Part shown: positions 40,974 to 53,850 of the stretch, one piece after another | How positions within the stretch are numbered: the first letter of the stretch is position 1 | Layout: each line of letters begins with the position of its first letter | Origin: Guillardia theta CCMP2712 | Taxonomy: Eukaryota > Protista > Cryptophyta | Assembly (NCBI RefSeq): GCF_000315625.1 | Contig: NW_005434668.1 | Coordinates: forward strand, 115,184 to 179,183 | Length of the DNA stretch: 64,000 nt | Reading direction: 5' to 3' | Notes under the pieces: model-generated | Told to the model about the DNA's origin: nothing | Database searches by the model: none | The model's input: the letters and a program-made list of their open reading frames with translations, nothing else | Program-made: the position numbers and the translations under genes

Positions 40974-43657
40974 ATGTTGTCGTCTGCCTGCTCATTTTAC
41001 TTGGCTCTCGTTGCGACGGTAAGTCATGGTTGTGGATGCTGTTTGATTGACCATCGAGAATGGCTGTCAGGTGTCGTGCTGGGGCCAGGGATCCGATGCT
41101 GGGAGGATAGGGCTGAGGGGAGGCAGTCGTCTGATCCTGCCAAGGTATATCATGTTGACAGCGAGATGACGATGATCAACTCAACTGCATGGCAATAGCA
41201 GGATAACATCTCGCCTGCGAGGCGGGGCACAAGAAATCACAATCCCGAAGGACTATGCTTATCTCTCACAGGTTTGACTCCTCTGATTCCAATGCTGCTG
41301 TCCTCATATGGTGCTTGGATAGGCTCTAGAAGAATTTGTACCCACGAAGGCCAGATCCCTCTGTGCTGAGTAACCCGTGGGCTGACGGGATCCTTCAGAT
41401 GGAAGACGAGTGCATCGAGTTTCATATCGAGGACGGAAACCATACAGTGGGGCCAGAGGCATATGATGGTGCCTTAAGATCTTCCCAAGCCTACAAATCT
41501 GATCAGCTCTGGTGCAGAGCTCATGGCAACTTTCAACCTCAGCTCAACGGTGAGAGTGTACGGGACAAGAGAAGCAATGATGTGAGTTAGAAGAGAGATG
41601 AAGGGTGCCGGCTGTCCGTAGAAGCTGACAGTAGGGAATGTGGTCACATAGGTGGGGGACGTTGGACCTCAATGGTGCTGGAGGGACATTCGAGGGCATG
41701 AAACTGGTAGATCTTGCCGTCCCAGGGGAAGGGGTCGAACTGGTAAGAGGTGTCAGCAAGTAGGACGAGACGGGCTGAGATTGGACGCATGACTTGCAGC
41801 AATCCCTCGGGGACAACTGCATTTGTGTAGAGGAAGGTGAATGGCGCTTCACAGATTGCGAGGTGCCTTCCTTTTCTGTCGCGTCGATGCCATGATGACG
41901 TATTGGACAGATCCAATGCAGCGGGACAGCAATGCGCGTCGCAAATGAAGCAACAGCAACATGGTTGGCAGTCAGCCAGATGATGTGAGAGATTCTGAGT
42001 GGTGTGTAGGGAAAGATGCTTCACGGGAGGATCAGACCTGTCGAAGCCACCTCCTATCAACTTGACGGAGCTCGGTCTGGAGATAAGCGCAATGCAGTTC
42101 TTGCTCGAGCAAGGGCACAGGTTTGATTCTTGCAGTCTCAAATCATGATGCAAACTTGAAGCTCCACATTGTTGTTTTGTCTCGCTGACATGCACTTCTT
42201 CGTTCTGCAGGAACAAGACAACGGGCTATCCCATCACTGAGCACACATCGATGCCACGGTGACCGCAGCTTGCCTTCTCGCTCGAGACCTCCGTTGACTT
42301 GCAACAGATACGCTGTCACAGCATGGGACAGGGCAAAAGTCAACATTTTATCTTGCACAATTCAGAACATGTCATATAATGGAATATGCTGCCTGGAGAA
42401 CTCCACCTTTTGGATTGAGGTTGGTGGAGATGTTTTCATTCGCAGCGCTGAATCCTTTAAAATTTGCAGAATTGCTCGATCACGGGATCCGGAATGTCTG
42501 GTGTCTTCATGGAGTCTGCTTGCAATGTCACCCTGATCGGATGTTACCTTGCGGACAACTACGCATGTTTGACGTGATAGAGCAACCTCGGGCCTTGATG
42601 CCATGGGCTCCTGACCATCTTGTAGGGTTTGGGGAGGCCTCAGTGAAGAGAGGTATGCTCTAACGGGCCCGTATTCGTCTGACTCCGATCTGGTGATCTC
42701 AACATGGATCTTGAGACTTGAGGGCTGGTGTGATTCTTGTGACAGGAGCTCGTGGTTGAACCCGAGTGCACCTTGACGGCTTTCAACAACCGGTCTTGTG
42801 CCAAGATGAATGTTGAATCTGTGCTGACTTTCCTTCAAGACTCTCGGGAATGATATGGGCGGGGAGACAGAGGCCAAAGCACTTTGTGGAAGACAACAAC
42901 GAAATAGAAGACGGTGATCTGACTGTTCCCCTGCTTGCTCTGACCTCCATCCACAGAGATTATTCCGTCCGAGGACGAGGGGCCATTGCAAGGGTAAGGA
43001 TCTGTTGACTCGGGTAGTCCCCCCCTCACTCTCCTTATCTCAGCCTTCCGGAAGTCCCCTTCATGAACTTTGAAGGAGGGGAGAATAAGACTCTCTGGAC
43101 CATCGATGAACCGATCCCAATGCCGAGATGGGCCCGGAAGGACAGGCCGGGAGGCGATGGAGTGTACATGTGGGGTAAGCTACTGCTGGTTTTCAGTTTC
43201 CCCTCTGCTCCCTCTACCTCCTGCTGCTAATTTCCTTCCACACCCTGCCGGTCCTATTGCTCCTGCAGATTCCTTCTCCTGTTGCTGCTGCTGCTGCTGC
43301 TGCCGCCGCTGCTGCTGCTCCTCCTCCTCCTCCTCCTCCTCCTCCATTTTCATGGGGACCTCGATACCCTCCTCCTACTCCGTAACTCCTGCCACTATCA
43401 CCTCGAATCTCTCCATGGATCTTTCCCCTCCTGCCTCCGCCTCCTTCAGCGCCAATGATTTAATCTGCGCTAGATCCACAAGACCAGAAGACCGAGGACG
43501 AGACGAAACAAGTTTTCCGGGACCTGAAGCTCCGGGACGGGGACTACGAGAAGGTGGCGAAGGCTATCGAATCTTACAACATCAAGAACAAGAGGTCCAA
43601 GAAGAGTCTATCGAGCGACCCTCCTCCAGGGGAGTTCGAAGACTGAACTTTATCTAG
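40974..43657 (+). CDS. Hypothetical many-exon protein with signal peptide followed by GLRGG; possible beta-helix fold; 3' end uncertain
   Basis: Exon 40974-41018 spliced to 41071 gives MLSSACSFYLALVATVSCWGQGSDAGRIGLRGGSRLILP; a series of short AG/GT-bounded segments follows. Confidence 0.5.
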
Positions 43658-44175
43658 TGATAACTGGAAATACAATGAACCTTCATCATGTGGCGGCGGT
43701 TGGGCCGATACTCAAAGTCGCATCGGGTGCATACAATGCTCCGGTCCCGGGCCCGGGCCCGGGCCCGCCTGTCACTGAGCGTTCAACGTGAGTCTCTCAT
43801 GGCACGTTTTCGGGCTGCTGGGGCTCAGAGGACGTAGGAGGGGTCTGTTACGCCTTGTGAGTGCGGGTCAGGGGGTGGGAGGTCAAAGTGGGGGGGTGGG
43901 GGTAGGAAAGAGCAGGGTGATGCAGCTTGAATGACTCAGAAGTACCTGTCAGAGTCGGGTGAAAACAGGTCAAATGTGGGGTACATGGTACGGAAAGGGG
44001 TGGGGGTGGGATAAAAAGATCTCCGGTGACGGGGTTGGCAGTTTGGAGGGGATGAGGGGTCTCGATATTTTGTAGAGGGGGCCGCCATGGGATCAGGGAG
44101 CGGCGAGGGAAGCGGCGAAGGAGGAGAGAGGAGGTAGAGAGGAAGGAGAGAGGAGGAAGGAGAGAGGGCTACAAG

Positions 44176-45542
44176 ATGGAGAACACTCTCTTGCTGTCTC
44201 TCGCTCTCATGATGGCGCAAGTCGCCGGGGGCTCTCTACACACGCACTCAACTTCTTGTGGGTTTGTCGCCCCCTCCTCGGCCATGGTGAACAAGCACCA
44301 CTGCATGGTCGGAGCTCGAGCGAAGGGATGCACGTCGTATCCTGCTCTCTCTCATAGCAGCCAGGTGTCCATGGCGCTTAGGGCACCTAGGATGAGCATG
44401 GACCCGATGCCGAGCGCGCCCAACCCCGTCTCAAAGCTGTGGGGGGAGTGGACAGATATCGAAGTCAAGGCTGCGACAGTGATCTGGGTGAACCGTCTTG
44501 TCATCGGTCTTGATCTCTGTCCCTTTGCCTTAGCGTCCATGCCAGGGCTGAGAGTTGTTGTGTCTAGCGCCATGGACAAGGAGCAAGCGCTCGATACGCT
44601 GGCGGAGGAGATGGGGTACCTTGCTGAGACCCCAAAGGACAAGCCAGCGACGACACTCGTTGTGTTTCCTCCTGCTCTCTTCGACAAGGAGCAGAACGTC
44701 ACCATGATGCTCAAGGGGCTGGAGGACCCAGCGGAAGGGGAGGGGAGGATGGGGAGCCTGTCGCCAGGTGAGGACAACTTGGCGGCGCCTGCAATGGAAG
44801 TGAGGATGAAGGGGGAGATTATGGCGGAGGACGGGGGCGCTGCACCGGTCGCTGCGATGGAGAATTTTGTTGCGGAGGAGACGCAGCTGGGGGAGGAGGA
44901 GGGGGTGAAGGAGCAGTTTTTCAACGAGGTGGAGGTGGACGAGGAAGAGCTCAGGGCGGAAAGCAACTTTGCGAATTTCATGGAGATGGCGTACGAGGCG
45001 ATAGCTCTTTCCCAGGACCTCTTCGGCGACGACGCAGCCAGCGAAATGCTCCTGCTTACCTTCCACCCCAACTCCACCTTCAGCTCCGTCCCCTTCGACC
45101 CAGCGGACTTTGCGCTGCGCTCTCCCTTCCCTACTGTTCACCTGCTGCGGGGGGTGGATATCCGCAAGGCGGAGGAGTCTTGCGAGCGACGGAACAGCAC
45201 GACAGAGGAGATTGCGATGAGAAATGAAGCAAGATTGAGGTAGGAGGAAGGGGAGGAGGGGGAGGGGGGACGGAGGAAGGGGGGGGAGGGGATACAGGAG
45301 AAAAGGGAAGGTGGAGGTAGGGAGGGAGGACTACAAAAAGAGGGATGAGAGGAGGGGTGGAGGGGTCATGGGAGTAGGGGAGGAGAGAGGATGAGTGGGG
45401 AAAGGCTGATGGGGGAGGAGGAGCAGGGAGGAGCAGGGAGGAGGATATGACGCTAACTGAAGATGTCAGGGGCATGGGATACCGCGAGCTCGTGGAGATG
45501 CTGGGCGATATCTACGTGAGAGCCAAGGGGGTGACAGCATGA
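44176..45542 (+). CDS. DUF1415-family protein with organelle-targeting leader and acidic insertion; 2 exons
   Basis: WVNRLVIGLDLCPFA, TTLVVFP, FHP..DPADFALRSPFPTVHLLR; hydrophobic leader MENTLLLSLALMMAQVAG. Confidence 0.8.
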
Positions 45543-45727
45543 GAAGACGAAGCCTGAGGAAGACAAAGACGAGACACGGAGAGGAGACGGGGGGGGAAGC
45601 GGCGGCAGGACGAGGACGAGGACGAGGAGGGAGGGCAGCTTGTTTGGCTAAGTTTTTCGTTGGATGAACATGTCAATACGCGTCTGACTCCTCTCGCTTC
45701 CTCGTTGTTGCCCCTTCTGCGATTCCA

Positions 45728-48700
45728 TCAGAGCTGTGGCCAGTGCGACAGGAGGGGAGGAAGAGGAAGGGAGCAAGAGAGCTAGAAAGGGAGGAAGGAA
45801 GAAAGGAGAGGATGGGAGAGGAGGATTGGAAAGGGACCGGTGAGAAGAGAAGAAGCAAGGAGAGCATCTGTAAGTATGCAGGATCGGATGAGAAAGGAGG
45901 GAGATGGGGTAGGGAAGGGGCCGAACAAGGGGAGGAGAATGTCACGCACCTTTCCCGCTACCTTGGGCTGCTCACCTTGAAGGAGGATAGAGACTGCCGC
46001 CTCCACGTTACCCCGCGCTGCAACGCCCAGGTTACTTCCTCCCTGTCCTTTCCTCCTCGCTCCCCCTATCCTCCCCATTAGCTTCTCTTTCCTCCCCCTC
46101 CTTTTCTCCTCCTTTTCTTCCCCCATTCATCCGCCTCCGCCTCTCCCTCTCCCTCTTCATCTCCTTCCTCCTCTCCGCCTCCTCCTCCTCCACAACCTCC
46201 ATCCCATCCTCCTCTCCCTCCTCCTCTCCCTCCTCTCCGCCGCCTTCTCTCCCTCCTCCTCTCTTCTTCTACCTCCCCTTCCTTTCTTCTACCTCCTCTT
46301 CCTCCTCCTCTACCTCGTTCAAGTGATCGCTGAGCAGCTTCCTTGCCGAATCCCATCTCCATGATTGATTTCACAGCCTCTTCACGTCGGACGTCTTCTC
46401 TGCTCCTCCTCCCCCCACCTTCCTCTCCCTGCTCCTCGACTTCTTTCCTCTTCTCGGCAAGACCCGACGGACTTGCAAGAAGGAACCTCTTCATCAGTCT
46501 CTGAGCATGTTCTCCTGCTTCTCCTCCTCTTGCCTTGGCGCTCTTCCCTTCCGTCTCAAACAGGAACGCCACCGCCACCCTCGTCACGTTCCAGGGGACG
46601 GGGAGTTGCATGCTCTCAATCCCCAGCATCGCTGCTTCCTCCACTCCGCGAGCAGCTTCAGCAATCGCTTCCTCCTTTCCCACGTTGGAGCCAGCTCCTC
46701 TGCTCCTGCTGCTTGCCTCCTCCTCCTGCCCCCTAGCACGAAACGCGAGCCCGTCCTCGAGGCCCCGCTGGAGAGAGCAGAAGGCTTGTGGCACAGCGAC
46801 GCTCTTCGAGCGCATGCCCTCGTACTCCCTGCGAGCATGCACGACGAGCTTGGCAGGGGAAGCATTGCTTCTCCTCCTCTCCTCTATCCACCTGGATACC
46901 AGCTGGCGCGACAGGAGGGAGACAAGCGCCCGCAGGTGACCCGGGGAGGGAGCAGGGGGCAAGAGCGCTCGACGAGCATGCTCTTGGCTCCTCCTCTGTC
47001 CTTGACTTCCTCCCATCGCCCCCCAGAGGGTAGCGAGCAGAGGAAGGAAGCTCTCTCCTTTCCAAACTTCTCCTCTATCACCCTCCGTTCCACCTTTCCC
47101 AGATCCCCCACCAGTCGCACCCCGAGAGCCTCGCATACGCTTCCTCCGAGCTTGCCGCGGAGCGAAGGGATCTGCATGAGAGGGATCGAGCCCATGAAGG
47201 AGGAGACGTGGGGAGGAGGGAGGAGGGTTATCCCGTTAGGTTTGTGAATGCCTGACACCAGCCGCGCTTGCAACTTGTTCCCTCCTATCCCGATGCTGAC
47301 TGAAAGGCCCATCCTCTTGCTCAACTTCTCCTTGATCTCCGTGGCGATTCTGCAGGCTCTCCGCAGGGGAGGAGGGAGGAAGGAAAATGTCACTTCCCCA
47401 AGGATGAAGAGTCTTTCATGCCTCCCCTCCTCCTGCTCCTGCTCCTGCTCCTCCAGCCGCTGCTCCTCCCCTTGACCTGCCCCCTCCCTCCTTCTCACCA
47501 TCTTGGATACATCAAGGTAGAAATCATCATAGGAAGTTTTTTCCACCTCCCCCCACTCCCTCAGTTGTTCCTGCAGCTCCCGCGCGACCTCCCTGTACCT
47601 TTCTGTCCGCATCGGCAGCACGCGCAGGCCAGGGCACTTGACTTTTGCCTCCTCCATGCTCACACGCCCGACCAGCCCCTGCTCCGCATGTTACTTCCCT
47701 TCTTTTTCTCTCTCCGTTCCTCCCCCCATCCTCCTCCTCCATTCCCCCCTCCCCGCCGTCCTTTCTACCCTTGGCGCTTCCTACTTGTCCTTCCCCCGCC
47801 TTCACTTTCTCCCTCTCCCTCTCCTCGTCCTCCTCCTTCCTCATCTTCCCTTCTCACCTTCAGTCTCTCGTTCCCTGCTCGCGCCGCTGCCCGTCCGCCT
47901 GCTCCTGCTGTCAGCCGTGCGACAGCCCCTCCTCGCGCTCTCACCGGCTCCCACCCCATCGCCCTTGCGGATTCCCTTGGCCTTGGCCTCGTAGCTCACA
48001 GCAACAAAGCCTGAGGAGGGTTGAGGGGAGGAAGAAGAGATGGATGGAGGGGAGGAGGAGGAGGAGGAGACAAAGGAGGAAGACAGGCTGAGAAGAAGAG
48101 AGGAAGAGAGGAGCGGAGGAGACACGGAGGATAAAGGGAGGGGATGAACGCAGAGGAGCGGAGAAGCGTTCGCAGGGGGTCGAGCACAGACTCACCTCCG
48201 CTGTTGAACTGCTGGACTGCGATGGGAACATGCAGGAGGGAGGGGTCGTCCATCCTCTCTACCGCACAGTAGAATGCGTCCACATCAACGTGCAGGACGA
48301 CTCGAAGTCGATCCTCCTCCTGCCCCCCCTCTTCCTCCTCGTGCTCCCCCTGCTCCTCCTCCTCCCGACTTCGCAGCATCATGACTCTGCTTGCTGTTTG
48401 ATCCTCGTCCTCGTCCTCTACCTCAGTCTCGCTGACCCTTCCTCCTCAAAAGAGTCCATCTCGTGCCAACATGCGTCAAACTTCTGCTGAAAACGCTCTG
48501 AGTTGCTGTACGAATCTCGGACTCCCTCTCCCTTACCTACCTCCTCCTCCTCCTCCTCCTCCTCCTCCTCCAGGTCCCCTCTACTCCTCTCGTCCTCGCT
48601 TGGATTTTCAGCACGCCCCTCCTGCTTCTTCACTGTCGGATCAAAGATAAAGTCCCGCTCGCCGTCCCCAGCGTCACTGTCGAGATAAATTTCCTCTCCC

Positions 48701-51412
48701 TCCTCCTCTCCCTCCTCCTCTCCCTCCTCCTCCTCCTCATCGTAAAATTCATCCATCGGGCAGATCTCAAAGTCGTCAAACTTGATCTCGCATCCCGCGT
48801 CTCCTTCCATGGCTTCACTTCTGCCTGCATCTTCCCCTCCCTCTCCCTTCGCATCCCCTCCCTCAGCTTGTCCATCGTCCCCGACCCCCTTCCCCACGAG
48901 CCTTGGGGTCATCCCCTCCATCCTGTCGCCCCGCAACAATGCAGATCGTTCTGCTACCATCCGCTCCTGCCTCTTGGACAACAGCCTCTTGTCCTGCATG
49001 CTCTCCAGCCTCTTATCATAGTCCCTCCTCTGCTCAGCCTGCTGCCCCGCAGGGCATCCTCTCCCTTCCTCCTCCGCGCTCTCAAGGCCTTGTTGGAAGC
49101 TCCGAGACTGCAGGAGGGTGCAGGAAGGGATCTTGATGAAATTCATGACTGCAAGGTTGATGAGAGTGAGGTGAAACGGCTCGCTAACGTTCCTCCTCAG
49201 CACCGTCATCGCAACTGCAACCACCTACAACAGAGCATTCACCTTTGTCGGCTCTCCTCATCACATAACATCCTCCTCACCTGCCTCACTGCTTCCTCCT
49301 CCCTCTGTCCCCTCTGCTGCAGACGGCAGGCAAGAACGGGCGGCAGCCGCGTGCTTGCACTCTGTCGTCCACCATGATAAGACGACTTGTGCCGCCAGGT
49401 GATGATCAGGCACTCAGGGACCCTCCTGTTCTCCTCCGCATCCTCCAGCACGCGAGCGATAAGGTCAGGAGCAAGCACTTGCAGGACAAGCTCAGCCTGA
49501 GGATCAGAGTCAGAGTCAGAGTCAAAGGAGGAGGATGAGGAGGAGGAGGAGGAGCAGTAGGGTTTGGAAAAACTCCTGCAAAATCGGGGAGAGCAGCGGG
49601 GTCAACAAAGAGGAGGGATGGGGATATAGCACACGGCAATCAGCTGTTGGAAAGGAGGAGGGAGAAGAGGGAGCATGAACACGAAAGGGAGGGAGGGAGG
49701 GAGGGAGGGAGGGAGGGAGGGAGGGANNNNNNNNNNNNNNNNNNNNNNNNNNNNNNNNNNNNNNNNNNNNNNNNNNNNNNNNNNNNNNNNNNNNNNNNNN
49801 NNNNNNNNNNNNNNNNNNNNNNNNNNTCAACCATGTTGAAATACAACTAAGAGAAGGAGATCGCTTACGGGCTTTAAAAGCTTAAGTGAGAAACTGTGAA
49901 GGTTATTTCAGACGGATTTCGTTTTATGCAATGCATGTGATGCAGCTGCGGATGTTGTACGTGTTGTTTGACTTGTATTTGAAACAGGCCGCTCCAGCAA
50001 ATACATCCATGCTGCGCATTTTCCGGACAGTGCCTTTGATCGTCTTGCGGGGAGATTCTGGCTGTTCAGATTGCTTTGATACGCCACCTGCTGTTGTCGG
50101 GTGGGATCTTGGATTTCCTGACGTCACGAATCCTACCTATCAAGTCGAGCCGTACTCGTGGAAGTATATTGATGATGGTCGTGACAAGTACTGTTCCGAA
50201 TGCTTTGAGGGAGGGAGGGAGGGAGGGAGGGAGAGACTAGGAGGGAGGAATAGCTCACAGCAGAGAAGGAGGAGCAGGACTTGAACGAGTCCTCAACGCT
50301 AATCCTCTTGGGAGCTCCGTTGGTGACCACGGGGCTCTTGTCTCTTCCCCGTGCTGCCTCGTACAACTGTATCCCCGCCCTCACCCCGAGCTGACTCGTC
50401 AACTGCTCCCTCCTCATCCTCCTCAGGTCTCGTACAAGCTCCACTCCCATCTCCTGCAGGAGCGAGCACGTCTTGTACCCCGCTCCTCGTATCGCCCGGA
50501 TTGAGAGCGGAGCGATGAACTCAGCTGCCTCCGAGGACGGCAAGCTCGTCTGATCGTCCGGCTTGTGCAGACCCGACGCAAGTTTCGCAAGCAGCTTGTT
50601 GTGTGCGATGCCTGCTGATGTCCGGATGCCAGTCTCCTCCTTCACCGCCCCCTCGCCTTCCGTGCAATCTCGCTGCCCAGCTGCAGAAGAATGTCGGAGG
50701 CAGACGCGGCCCCCTCGTCGCAAGTAGCCTCCTTCCTCTCGCTCTTGTTGCTCACGCGCACATCCATCGGCCGGTACACGTTGTCACTGTGAACTGCCTC
50801 GCTGCTCCTGTGCACGTGCCCCTGCCATCGTCTCTCCGCGTTCTCCTCCATCATCTTCTTGCATGCTGCAGTGACGTCTACCCAGACCTCGTCCATCCCT
50901 AGCCGTTCAGCAGCGCTTCCGAACCTCTGCAGCACGGAGAAGATCCTCCTGCTGGTCAGCCTGTAGGGCGTCAGGTCCTCGCCACTCACCAGCACGAGCC
51001 CAGGACATTTCTTCTTCGCATCCTCGATCGCCATGAGCTTGGTGACTCCTGCTCTCCGTGCCGGGTAGTTGCACGTCACCACCAGAAACTTCTGCGTTAT
51101 CCCCAGCGGAACCTCCCTCAGCTTCGGGTCCCGTAGCTCCTCCACTTGCGCGTAGAAGCAGTCGGCATCGAAGTGCAGGATGACACGGTCTGTGTCTGGC
51201 TCCCCGATGTCCAGCGAGAGGGATGGATCGTCCTGCAGCTCGTCCCTGTCGCTTTGCTCCTCATACTCGCAGCTTCCATACCCCTCATTGCATTCGAAGC
51301 TCGCTTCCTTCCCTTGGCTGCTTCTTGCAAACTTGTGCGCGCGGAAGTCTTCATAGCCTCTCTTCGACAACCTGGTGCTCTTCATTGAAAGCGGATGCTT
51401 GAACGAGGCCAC
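45728..51412 (-). CDS. Y-family DNA polymerase: Pol iota-like domain + acidic linker + second Y-family domain + C-terminal UBA; two apparent 1-nt frameshifts
   Basis: Domain 1: ILHFDADCFYAQVE, QKFLVVTCNYPAR, GEDLTPYR, LGMDEVWVD, GIAHNKLLAKL, FHLTLINL. Domain 2: VLHVDVDAFYCAVE, AVSYEAKAKG, EKTSYDDFYLD, GIGGNKLQARL. UBA: SIMEMGFGKEAAQRSLERARGNVEAAVSILL. Confidence 0.8.
49727..49826. other. Assembly gap (100 N) following a (GGGA)n repeat
   Basis: Run of N characters. Confidence 1.
50009..50210 (+). CDS. Short Cys-motif ORF antisense within a polymerase intron (nested gene or misassembled fragment)
   Basis: MLRIFRTVPLIVLRGDSGCSDCFD...KYCSECFE with an internal CSxCF repeat; runs into (GGGA)n without a stop. 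Confidence 0.35.
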
Positions 51413-51567
51413 GACTTTCTACGTCCCTCTATCCCCTGTATCCCATCCAAACTCTCTCAACTTCCTCCTTCCGCTGCCTTGTAGGAAGGGGGCAGGTAAG
51501 GAGAAGCAAGAGGACCTCTCCCTGTTCCCTCACCAACCTATCATCTTATGTGTCTCCATGGCCGACT

Positions 51568-52230
51568 TCTTTACTCAAAGTTAAGTTAAAGATCGGTACG
51601 AGGACAATCATGCCACTAGTCACATCGCTACACTGAGCCGAGCCTCGAGTCACCCGGGCCGGCGCAGCGCCGCGCCCGCAGCCGGGCCGGCGCCGCCTGC
51701 CCGGCGGGCCGCTCCGAGGCTCAGAGTCAGGCTCCTGACTGATGGATCGCATGCCAGCCGTGCCTCAGTACTTGTCACAGTGCTCCGTCTCTGACCGTGA
51801 CACTCAGGGTCTGACCGTGACTGGTCCGGGACTCGGACTCTGTCGGAGAGGCCGCGGCCGACTCGGCGAGGCCCGTTAACTTGATGCCAAGGTCCGAGCA
51901 AGCTGCCCAGGCTGGCAGTTGCCGGGGGTTGCGCCAAGTGGCTCCTGGCCGCTCCGTGATGGAGTGCCCGGCCCGGGAGTCCGTTTGCCGCAGTGGCCGT
52001 TACTGCAAAAAGTAACTGAGTCACTGAGTTGCGACCGAATAGAACTTACACTGCCCCCCCGCGGCCAGTGGGCCGGGCAGTGACCGTGACTCGCGGGGTC
52101 ACGAGTATCACAGTTCCGTTTGCTGCACTCAGGCTCAGTGAGGCGCCCCCCGGGACGGTCAGGCTACCGTAGTAACCGTTAGGGAAAAATACAAAGATAG
52201 TTCTCCTGCAGAAGCTTTCGGAAGCGTCCG
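51568..52230. other. Intergenic GC-rich palindromic motif island
   Basis: Starts with TCTTTACTCAAAGTTAA (51568-51584), identical to 54547-54563; rich in GTGAC, GAGTC and CCGGG. Confidence 0.6.
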
Positions 52231-53055
52231 ATTGAATGGCAGACGCCAAGTCACTGGGGGGGAGTGGGACAGGAGAATCGTCATCCACCTAAGTTCCACA
52301 GGACTAGCGGAACCGAAGGAAGTCAAGAAACTTTTTAACTAGAGTCGCACGACGCGAGGAAATTCAATGGCGAGATGGAAGTGGAGTTCTCAGTTGTCAC
52401 CTGGTTGGCGACGTTGGAGTTCCAGCTGATGTCTCAAGCGACTCCACAGGAGCAGTGGGTCAACTCTGCTAAAGGCCTCATGGGTGAGAATGTGACCAAC
52501 AGGATTACTTCGTAGTAGCGAAATTTGTGGCGCCATGTTCCGCTTGTTTACAAGCGAAGGCGTTCAGTCAGAGATCAGCAGCCTTGTTCATGCGCAATTG
52601 GACCCAGCGGCACGTTTTGACAAGGTAGTGGTGGACATGATGTCAGGTTTACCTTTGTCTCGACGTAACTTTCGCAATGATGCAGTCTTGGTTTTTGTTT
52701 ACCGTACGTATGGTCAAATCGGATCATTTTATCTCCTTGCAAGAAGAATTCGGATTCTGCTATGAGAATGCTTATCGCGTGCAAGGAATAGCTTCGTATG
52801 AAATTCATTGGACCTTTGATGATCCTGGAAAAACCGTCTGACAGTACAGTACGTATGTCTTTTCCTCCGCGCTTTCCGCAGCTCAGGGATGCTCTTTACA
52901 ATATTTCAAAGTTGCGTCCTTACTGATTTCGCAATCCTACGATGGATGTTGCCTGACTGACCCTGTCCAACCCAACGACGTCCTCGGTCCAATCTCATTT
53001 CCCTGCAAGCTGAAATGACTTTCATCGTGCTCCTCGTCCTTCTCTTCCTTTGCCC

Positions 53056-53850
53056 TCACATGCCGGCAAGCAGCTCCTCCTCGCTGCTCCTCACAAACCA
53101 CGACACCCACTCCCTCTCCCCCGCTATCCCCTCTCCCACCCCAAAGATCGCCTCCTCAAGCCATGCTTGTCCTGGCTCGCAAGGATCAGGCTGCACGTCC
53201 CTCCCGCTGCTTCCCTCCTCCTCTTCCTCCTCCTCCTCCTCCTCCTCCCCTGCCTGCCTGCACGTGTGCCTGCACGGGCTCTCCTGTCCCCCATCTGCAT
53301 CGGACGATGACAGCAAGACAACAGCCAACGCTCCATGTGTGCTGCCTACTCCGCTCGTCCCCTCCTCCTGCACTGGCAAGGGGGATGGAGACGGCGGCGA
53401 CGCCGGGGCGTCTGCAGGGGAGCCTTGTAGCCCGTTGTTGAGCCATGGGGGTCCCGCCCTGTTGCGCTCGTAGGGCCAGCGGGCGAGGCCGAGGCGACGG
53501 CAGGCAGACTTGAGGCTGGTGAGGGAGAGGCCCTGCATAAAGACACGGGGCGTCAGGGAGAGCGGGCTAGGAGGATGCAGGGGATAGAAGTTAGGATATG
53601 GGAGGAAGGAGGATAGGAGGGAGGTAGGGATGAGATAGGAGATTAGCGATCGGAGATAGAAGATATGACGCACGAGGTGGTGAGCGGCGTCCTGCTGGCG
53701 CATGGAGAAGAGGGGGTGAAGGTCGGGAAGGGTGATGCGGATGAGGCGGGGAGGCTCATCGCGGGAGTCCTTGCGGGTACGGGCCTGGACGAGAACAGAA
53801 GGGTAGGGGGGATGGAAGGGAAGAGGGTTGCTGTAGCTGACAGTCATCAT
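53056..53850 (-). CDS. RWP-RK domain transcription factor (one intron within the domain)
   Basis: ITLPDLHPLFSMRQQDAAHHL|GLSLTSLKSACRRLGLARWPYER. Confidence 0.88.
   Translation of the reverse strand: MMTVSYSNPLPFHPPYPSVLVQARTRKDSRDEPPRLIRITLPDLHPLFSMRQQDAAHHLVRHIFYLRSLISYLIPTSLLSSFLPYPNFYPLHPPSPLSLTPRVFMQGLSLTSLKSACRRLGLARWPYERNRAGPPWLNNGLQGSPADAPASPPSPSPLPVQEEGTSGVGSTHGALAVVLLSSSDADGGQESPCRHTCRQAGEEEEEEEEEEEGSSGRDVQPDPCEPGQAWLEEAIFGVGEGIAGEREWVSWFVRSSEEELLAGM

Noticed and set aside
52374-52765. Possible small spliced gene MEVEFSVVTWLATLEF...
   Set aside because: Plausible splice sites but no recognisable homology or complete model; too weak to call.
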